Source: a candidate division FCPU426 bacterium (GTDB lineage: Bacteria; Oederibacteriota; Muellerivitia; Muellerivitales; Muellerivitaceae). From it: a stretch of DNA of 64,000 bases. The stretch's first letter is position 1. Each line of letters starts with the position of its first letter. The DNA lies in NCBI GenBank assembly GCA_963719085.1, contig CAVRAL010000001.1:992001-1056000 (forward strand). Reading direction: 5' to 3'. The translations under genes and the position numbers were made by a program. The notes under the pieces are model-generated. The model saw only the letters and a program-made list of their open reading frames with translations. It made no database searches and had not been told where the DNA came from. Positions 57,912 through 64,000 of the stretch are shown in pieces.

Positions 57912-58832
57912 TTATAATTTTACGGTAGGAAGGCTCGCGAATCGATAAAATTCTTTGGCCCTTTGGCGCACCTTGCCCAAGGTCAAGCCCGCCACGCCCT
58001 TCACGCCCAACTGCTCCACCGTGAAGGAAGCGGTGAGGCTTCCCGCCACAATGGCTTGCTTCAAGGTTTCCAGATTCACTTTGCCCAGACGGGCCAGATA
58101 GCCGATAAAACCTCCGGCAAAAGTATCTCCCGCGCCGGTCGGATCCACCACCCGTTCCAAGGGCATCGCCGGGGATAAAAAGACGCCTTCCGGGCCGATG
58201 AGCATGGCGCCATGCTCCCCCTTCTTGACAATGACCCGCTTGGGCCCCATTTTCAAAATCGCCCGGGCCGCCTGCTTCAAATGGGCCTCGCCGGTCAAGA
58301 GACGCACTTCCTGGTCGTTCAAAACCATGAGATCGACTTTGCCCATGACCTTCAACAAATCCTTTCGGGCGATATTGATCCAAAGGTTCATGGTATCCAA
58401 GAGCGTGAATTTGGGATGACGCATTTGCTGGGTGACCTTGTATTGAAGCGCCGGGTGAATGTTAGCTAGGAATAGGAACGGAATATTTCGGTCCTTTTCG
58501 GGAATCTTCGGATCAAAGGTGGCGAAAACATTCAAGTCGGTTTTCAGGGTATAGGCGATGTTCATGTCTTCCTTCTTATAGAAGCCCTTCCAATAAAAGG
58601 TCTTGCCCTTGGCCCGAACCAAGCCGTCCAATCCGATTTTTTTCGACTTGAGCAATTTGAGATCGTTAGGATGAAAGTCTTCCCCGACTACACCCACAAT
58701 ATGGGTTTTGGTATAAAGGGACGAGGCCAAGCTGGAATAGGTCGCGGCGCCGCCCAGCGTGCGTGGGGTAGAACCATAGGGGGTTTTCAATCCGTCATAA
58801 GCCACCGACCCAACAATGAGTACTTCGGACAT
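57912..58832 (-). CDS. PfkB-family sugar/nucleoside kinase
   Basis: VGSVAYD, LGGAATY, KKGEHGA and DPTGAGDTFAGG motifs. Confidence 0.92.
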   Translation of the reverse strand: MSEVLIVGSVAYDGLKTPYGSTPRTLGGAATYSSLASSLYTKTHIVGVVGEDFHPNDLKLLKSKKIGLDGLVRAKGKTFYWKGFYKKEDMNIAYTLKTDLNVFATFDPKIPEKDRNIPFLFLANIHPALQYKVTQQMRHPKFTLLDTMNLWINIARKDLLKVMGKVDLMVLNDQEVRLLTGEAHLKQAARAILKMGPKRVIVKKGEHGAMLIGPEGVFLSPAMPLERVVDPTGAGDTFAGGFIGYLARLGKVNLETLKQAIVAGSLTASFTVEQLGVKGVAGLTLGKVRQRAKEFYRFASLPTVKL

Positions 58833-58910
58833 TTCAAAAACCTTTCCAAATAATTGATTTCAAGCTAAAGCCCAGACTTTCACAATCCCGACGCGAGCAT
58901 CGTTATAGCT

Positions 58911-59588
58911 TCATTTCCCCGACTTTTCAAATCTCGAATCACCAATCCGCTTCATTTTTTTGACCGACCCCACTTCCACGGTTCCCCGCTCTTTTCCCGC
59001 GCCGATTTTCGCTTGTTCATAGCTTTCAGATTCGGTCAGGCTTAATCGAATCATTCGCAGTTCCTCGATGTTTTCCAAAAGGGCCCGGCAAAGCGGGTCG
59101 TTGCTTTTCGTCTCCACCGATTCCCGATAGGCCTCGGTCAATGGATTTTTCCCGTCCACTTTTTGGAAATATTTTTCAGATTCCACCGGCCCCAATCCGA
59201 TGGCGATCCCTTCCACGACCTGGCGCTGCCAATCGCTGACTTTGGAATAGAAATCCTTATCATCCGAATGGGCGCCTAGCTTCCCGCCTTCGTTAATGAT
59301 GAAATCCAGGTAGGACTTGAAAAAATTCTTGGAGGTGAAATCAAACCGTTCTTTCCGCCGAAGCGAATATTCAATGGCCGACCACCACAAGAGGGCCAGC
59401 CAACCAATCACCCAGGCATACCAAGGAACCCATTTCTCAATTGCGAGGATAGGTTTTGTCATAGCCCAAGGTGGAACAAGACCAACAACAAATCCGGCAA
59501 TTTGGAGAATGGCTAGAACTACGAGGAGCGGCGAATGTTGAAAGATGAGTTGGATGAGTTGAAAACGATCTTTAAACCATTTGATCAT
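58911..59588 (-). CDS. Hypothetical membrane protein (two N-terminal TM helices)
   Basis: 225 aa ORF with RBS-like AGGA; codirectional with neighbours. Confidence 0.6.
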   Translation of the reverse strand: MIKWFKDRFQLIQLIFQHSPLLVVLAILQIAGFVVGLVPPWAMTKPILAIEKWVPWYAWVIGWLALLWWSAIEYSLRRKERFDFTSKNFFKSYLDFIINEGGKLGAHSDDKDFYSKVSDWQRQVVEGIAIGLGPVESEKYFQKVDGKNPLTEAYRESVETKSNDPLCRALLENIEELRMIRLSLTESESYEQAKIGAGKERGTVEVGSVKKMKRIGDSRFEKSGK

Positions 59589-59607
59589 TCAAAATCCTAA
59601 GGAAGTA

Positions 59608-60072
59608 TCAGACGGGTTTAAAAAGCACCAAACCGCGGCTCGAGCAAAATAGGACAAACACCAATAACGCCAGCAAGGTATCCCCCACTAACCTCAAAAC
59701 CAGCGGGTTATCCTCATCCTTGTTGCATTGAACCTTAAGGCCGTGGGCGGTCGCGCCGATGAAGTAATAGTGGCGGTCATGGTCATAAGTCTGAGCCGGG
59801 ATTAACCCGGCCTGGACCAACTTAGATTCGTCAAATCCCTTGTCTTTGTCGTCGGAGTCCGTCATGGCTTGGTCGGGATGGGCGGTGTTCCATTGATTCA
59901 CCGCTTTTTGGAAAAGGGCGACCCGGGCGTAGCAATCCAGTTCCTCTTTAGGAATTAGGATTTGCCGAAGGCCCCAAACCACCGCTACGGTGGCGACCCA
60001 GCAAATCAGAAAAATTGCCCATCCCTTTTTCCAGGTCAAGACTTCAAGTTTTTTTGTTTTAATGACCATCAT
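59608..60072 (-). CDS. Hypothetical membrane protein
   Basis: AGGAG RBS before ATG 60072; N- and C-terminal TM segments. Confidence 0.6.
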   Translation of the reverse strand: MMVIKTKKLEVLTWKKGWAIFLICWVATVAVVWGLRQILIPKEELDCYARVALFQKAVNQWNTAHPDQAMTDSDDKDKGFDESKLVQAGLIPAQTYDHDRHYYFIGATAHGLKVQCNKDEDNPLVLRLVGDTLLALLVFVLFCSSRGLVLFKPV

Positions 60073-60124
60073 TTTCTCCTGTCGAATTGCGCCGAGTATA
60101 CCAAAAAACCTCAATCAAAACCTG

Positions 60125-60236
60125 TTCACCGCCAAGACGCCAAGTTCGCCAAGAAAAACTAACAAGATTGAATTTACAAATATTTAAACGCTTATTCTTT
60201 CGCCGTTCTTGGCGAACTTGGCGTCTTGGCGGTGGA
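60125..60236. repeat. Intergenic inverted repeat with CGCCAAG periodic arms (same family as 56542-56640)
   Basis: TTCACCGCCAAGACGCCAAGTTCGCCAAGAA ... TTCTTGGCGAACTTGGCGTCTTGGCGGTGGA. Confidence 0.8.
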
Positions 60237-60241
60237 GGTTT

Positions 60242-61351
60242 CTATCCCCTGCGGGTGCCCACCAAAACCGGACGGCGGTTGGCGTAGGAAATATTCAAAA
60301 GCATGCCGATGGCCGCGTAGCTGAAAACCAACGAGGTTCCGCCGTAGCTGATAAAAGGAAGCGTCAGCCCCGTGACCGGCAAAATGCCGATGGTCATCCC
60401 CACGTTCACCACGATCTGCACGGCGAAAATGCTGGAAATTCCCAGAGCCAAAAGGGCGCCTTCCCGGTCCCGGGCCTTGCGGGCGATTTGAAACGACTTT
60501 TGAATCATAAAGTAATAAAGACCCAGTACCACCAGACATCCCACGAAACCCCATTCTTCCCCGACCACCGAAAAGATAAAGTCCGTGTGATGTTCCGGGA
60601 TAAAAGAAAGCTGGGTCTGGGTTCCCTGCAAATAGCCTTTGCCCGACACGCCGCCGGAGCCGATGGCGATGATGGATTGAATCAGGTTATAACCGGCGCC
60701 CAAGGGATCGGCCTGGGGGCTCAAAAAAACATCCAATCGTTCCCTTTGGTAATCCTTCAAAAAATGCCAAATAATCGGAAGGCAGGACAAACCCAAGATG
60801 AGCATCCATAACAACCAGCGCAGTTGAACCCCGCCCACGTACATGAGAATGATAGAGACCGGAACCAGCAGTAGCGCCGAACCCAGGTCCGGTTGTTTGA
60901 GGATGAGGATTAAGGGAACCCCCAAAGCCAGCAAAAGGAAAAATAAACGGCTTAGGTAAAAAAGCTCCACGCTCCGGCTTCCAATATAACGGGCCAAAAA
61001 GAGGATGAGCGAAAACTTCGCCAGCTCCGAAGGCTGGAACGAGAGGATGCCGAGCCTAATCCAGCGTTGGGCGCCGTTGGTGGAACCGCCCCAAAAAAAC
61101 ACAATCACCAAACAAATGATCGACAACCAGTAAAAGATGTAAGACGCCTCGATCCAAAACCGGTAATCAATGCGGGAAAAAAGCCACATGGCGAAAAGCG
61201 CGATGCCGAACCCCACCAATTGCCTTTTCCAAAGCTGGGAAATGTCTGGATTGCGGGAAGTGGCCGAGTAAACCACAAGCAAACCAATCACGGTCAAAAG
61301 CAAAACCTGGATGACCAAGGTCCAATCCAAACCCCGAAGATAATTTTTCAA
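60242..61351 (-). CDS. rodA: Rod shape-determining SEDS peptidoglycan glycosyltransferase
   Basis: GAQRWI, QPSELAK, QPDLGS, IPEHHTDFIF and PFISYGG motifs; TTG overlaps the mrdA stop. Confidence 0.95.
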   Translation of the reverse strand: MKNYLRGLDWTLVIQVLLLTVIGLLVVYSATSRNPDISQLWKRQLVGFGIALFAMWLFSRIDYRFWIEASYIFYWLSIICLVIVFFWGGSTNGAQRWIRLGILSFQPSELAKFSLILFLARYIGSRSVELFYLSRLFFLLLALGVPLILILKQPDLGSALLLVPVSIILMYVGGVQLRWLLWMLILGLSCLPIIWHFLKDYQRERLDVFLSPQADPLGAGYNLIQSIIAIGSGGVSGKGYLQGTQTQLSFIPEHHTDFIFSVVGEEWGFVGCLVVLGLYYFMIQKSFQIARKARDREGALLALGISSIFAVQIVVNVGMTIGILPVTGLTLPFISYGGTSLVFSYAAIGMLLNISYANRRPVLVGTRRG

Positions 61352-63204
61352 GGCGCCACCCCCATGATGGGCGTCGGTTTTTCCACCGGCGTGGGCCCCA
61401 CGGTGGGCGTGGCCCAAGGCGAGACTTCCATTCCTAAAGAGGCTTCCATCAACCGCTGGGCGATGGGGGCGGAAACAATGCCGCCTTCCCCGCCGTTTTC
61501 CACCAAAACAATCACCGCCACCCGCGGATTATCCGCCGGGGCGTAAGCCGTGAACCAGGCGTGGTTGTCGCCATGGGGGTTTTCCGACGTGCCGGTTTTA
61601 CCGGCGACCAAAACACCGGGAATGCGGGCCTTCTTGCCCGTGCCCCTGTCACTGCTGATCACTTTTTCCATACAGCCTTGAATGAACTTCAAATGCTCCG
61701 GATCCAAGCTCGTCTGGCCCAACAGCTCGGGCGCCTGGTCGTAAATCGACCGGCCCGTCTTTTGGTCCACCACGCGGTAAAGCAGGTGCGGTTTGAATAT
61801 TTTACCGTTCATGGCGATCGCCGAATCCATATCCAGCATCTGCAGGGGGGTGGTCAACAGGTATCCCTGGCCGATGCTCATTTGAATGGTGTTTCCGGGA
61901 AACCAAGGCGTGTGCTGGGTGCTTTCCTTCCATTTGGGATTGGGAACCAGGCCCGGCACTTCGGAATCTAGATCCACCCCCGTCTTGCTGCCCAAGCCCA
62001 TCATGCGGGCCACCCGGTAAATCTGATCGATCTTCACCTCAAGCCCCAATTGATAAAAAAAGATATCGCAGGATTCGATGATGGCCGTCTGCAAATTCAC
62101 CCAGCCGTGTCCCGAGGTTCTCCAACAGCGATAGGGCCAGGTTTTGTACCAAAAGATGCCGCGGCAAAGAAAAACTTTTGAGTAATCGATCACATGGTCT
62201 TCCAACGCCGCCAGGGCCGTGATGAGTTTAAAAATCGATCCCGGCGGATACTGGCCCTGGATGGCCCGGTTTTCCAGGGGAAAGGTTTTGTCTTTGATCA
62301 GCTTGTTCCAATCCTTGAAAGAAATGCCGCTGACGAATTGGTTCGGATCGTAATTGGGCGTACTGACCATGGCCAAGATCTCGCCCGTGCTGGGATCGGT
62401 GACGATGATCGCGCCGATATTGTCGCCCATCAATTCTTCGGCGAGCTTTTGAACCTTATAGTCAATCGACAACATCACGGTCTGGCCTTGGATTGGATTT
62501 TTATAGGCCAAGGTCCGGCGCTGAACCCCGGAAGCGTCCACCTCGACTTCCACGCCCCCGTTCTCGCCCCGAAGCACATTGTCGTAGGTCCGTTCCACGC
62601 CCTTCTGCCCGACCCAATCCCCCTCATGATAACCATCGTCCTTCAAGCGGCCCAACTGTTGTTCGCTGATCTCGCCGATATAGCCCAATACGTGGGAAGC
62701 CAATTCGCCATGGGGGTAATAGCGCTCCGGCTCCATTTGAATATAAATTCCGGGCAGGTGAACCAGGTTCTCCTCGATCTGGGAAATCAAGACGGGGTCC
62801 AAATGGGTGCGCAGGCGGATCGGCTCAAACTTTCGCGTCTCGCGGCGGCTCTCGACCAACAGTTCCATGTCCGAAAGGGGCTCGCCCAATATCTGGCTCA
62901 ACTTCACCAAGGTCGGGCCGTAAGCCTGGACTTCGGCGGGCACCAAAAAGAGCGAATAGGTGGGGCGGTTAGTGGCCAAAATCTCCCCGTTGCGGTCCGT
63001 AATGATTCCGCGCGGGGCCTTTTCCGGGATGAGGCGCAGGCTGTTGACGTCCGACAAGTTTCGGTAATAGGGATAATTGAGAATTTGGATATAAAAAAGA
63101 CGGGCAAAAATACAAAAGAAACCCAACGAGATCAGCGCGAGCAAAAGATTCATCTTTTTCTCGGGCGACCGGCCGAATTTTAAGTTGGTTCTTTTAAAAG
63201 ACAT
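61348..63204 (-). CDS. mrdA: Penicillin-binding protein 2
   Basis: APRGIITDRNG, PPGSIFK (SxxK), SCD and KTGT motifs; mre operon context. Confidence 0.95.
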   Translation of the reverse strand: MSFKRTNLKFGRSPEKKMNLLLALISLGFFCIFARLFYIQILNYPYYRNLSDVNSLRLIPEKAPRGIITDRNGEILATNRPTYSLFLVPAEVQAYGPTLVKLSQILGEPLSDMELLVESRRETRKFEPIRLRTHLDPVLISQIEENLVHLPGIYIQMEPERYYPHGELASHVLGYIGEISEQQLGRLKDDGYHEGDWVGQKGVERTYDNVLRGENGGVEVEVDASGVQRRTLAYKNPIQGQTVMLSIDYKVQKLAEELMGDNIGAIIVTDPSTGEILAMVSTPNYDPNQFVSGISFKDWNKLIKDKTFPLENRAIQGQYPPGSIFKLITALAALEDHVIDYSKVFLCRGIFWYKTWPYRCWRTSGHGWVNLQTAIIESCDIFFYQLGLEVKIDQIYRVARMMGLGSKTGVDLDSEVPGLVPNPKWKESTQHTPWFPGNTIQMSIGQGYLLTTPLQMLDMDSAIAMNGKIFKPHLLYRVVDQKTGRSIYDQAPELLGQTSLDPEHLKFIQGCMEKVISSDRGTGKKARIPGVLVAGKTGTSENPHGDNHAWFTAYAPADNPRVAVIVLVENGGEGGIVSAPIAQRLMEASLGMEVSPWATPTVGPTPVEKPTPIMGVAP

Positions 63205-63227
63205 GATTCCCCATTTTTAACCGGCGC

Positions 63228-63707
63228 TTAAGCCGTGGCCGGGTCAAACCGCCGGCGCCTGAAACGCACCACCCCGAAACACACCACCGCCCCCACCAAT
63301 GAGGTGAGGAAAATCGAGGGCAAGGCGATCCACAAGGCGTCCACGAAGGTGGGGGCTTTGCCGTCCCATTTCATCAATATCCAAATGACGATTTGTTGGA
63401 TGGAAATATTAGCCAGGATCAGCAAGGCCTGGGTGGGGATGCGCTCCCTGTAAATTTTCTTTTGGGCCAAAACCGCGATCAAGGCCGTCAAAACCTTGGC
63501 GATCAGGTTGGGGCCGATCCACCCCGCGGATAGAAGATCCTGGCTCAATCCCATCACGAAACCGATGGAAGCGGCCTTTAAGGGCGTCGTCCTCAAGCCC
63601 ACCAAGGAGACAAAAATGAGCGGCAGGTCGATTCCCCAAATCGCCGCGAAGGATTGCTGGAAAAAGAAAACGCCGAAAGCCCATAAAAAAAGCGCCGGGG
63701 GCCTCAT
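63228..63707 (-). CDS. mreD: Rod shape-determining protein MreD
   Basis: Hydrophobic 159 aa; GFVMGLSQDLLS; between mreC and mrdA. Confidence 0.85.
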   Translation of the reverse strand: MRPPALFLWAFGVFFFQQSFAAIWGIDLPLIFVSLVGLRTTPLKAASIGFVMGLSQDLLSAGWIGPNLIAKVLTALIAVLAQKKIYRERIPTQALLILANISIQQIVIWILMKWDGKAPTFVDALWIALPSIFLTSLVGAVVCFGVVRFRRRRFDPATA

Positions 63708-63731
63708 AGCGCCTGCTCTTGAAAGGAGTGC

Positions 63732-64000
63732 CTATTGGTAAACATTAATGGGCTCCAACACAAACACATAGTCCAAGACCGCGAAATCCACCGCCGGCAC
63801 CATCTCGATTTCGGTGTAAAGGCCGTTATCCGATTGGGTTTTACTCAAGACCGTCCCTAAGGCGTAGCCCTTGGGAAAAACCCCGCCCAGCCCGGAGGAA
63901 ACAATGGCGTCACCGGATTGAATGTCCTCGCCGATGTCCACGTAATCAAACTTCAACCGGTTGCGTCCCGATCCCACCGCGACCCCCGTCACCCGGGACC
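63732..64000 (-). CDS. mreC: Rod shape-determining protein MreC (3' part; truncated by window edge)
   Basis: GDAIVSSGLGGVFPKGYALG and PAVDF..LDYVFV motifs. Confidence 0.9.
   Translation of the reverse strand, partial: SRVTGVAVGSGRNRLKFDYVDIGEDIQSGDAIVSSGLGGVFPKGYALGTVLSKTQSDNGLYTEIEMVPAVDFAVLDYVFVLEPINVYQ

Noticed and set aside
1..64000. tRNA, rRNA, transposase or integrase genes
   Set aside because: None recognised by eye or in the ORF track; tRNAscan-SE and an IS search would be needed to exclude them formally

Overview
Bacterial chromosomal segment of a moderately GC-rich diderm bacterium (it has TonB/ExbBD and outer-membrane proteins); the taxon cannot be assigned from sequence alone. 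Almost every real gene is on the minus strand. Housekeeping blocks flank the window: on the left a TPR membrane protein, coaX, birA, nadC, valS, an amidase, accA, glgB and GH57; on the right greA, fur, murI, cimA, lysC-thrC-hom, aminotransferases and rodA-mrdA-mreDC. Between them lies a ~30 kb sulfur-acquisition region (about 14.9-45.0 kb). It contains an anion porin-sbp-HPr-cysTWA-cysDN block, a family 2A encapsulin with cysteine-desulfurase cargo, exbBD-tonB-TonB-dependent receptor-YezD-3x arylsulfate sulfotransferase, and a SAM-I-controlled ThrC-like/sulfur-carrier/NIL/ThiF-like/cysK operon. The most striking signal is non-coding. Three sigma70 promoters each drive a leader built of tandem units (3, 2 and 3; 8 in total). 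Each unit is a SAM-II-like pseudoknot aptamer with an extra hairpin, followed by its own intrinsic terminator whose 5' arm is complementary to the aptamer 3' end. These look like tandem transcriptional OFF riboswitch arrays controlling the sulfur-scavenging regulon. Other notable points: cysD and cysN are fused by a one-base frameshift, two ThiF/MoeB genes show complementary degeneration (a possible heterodimeric E1), an unexplained structured RNA follows sbp, and several periodic palindromic elements sit in intergenic spaces.
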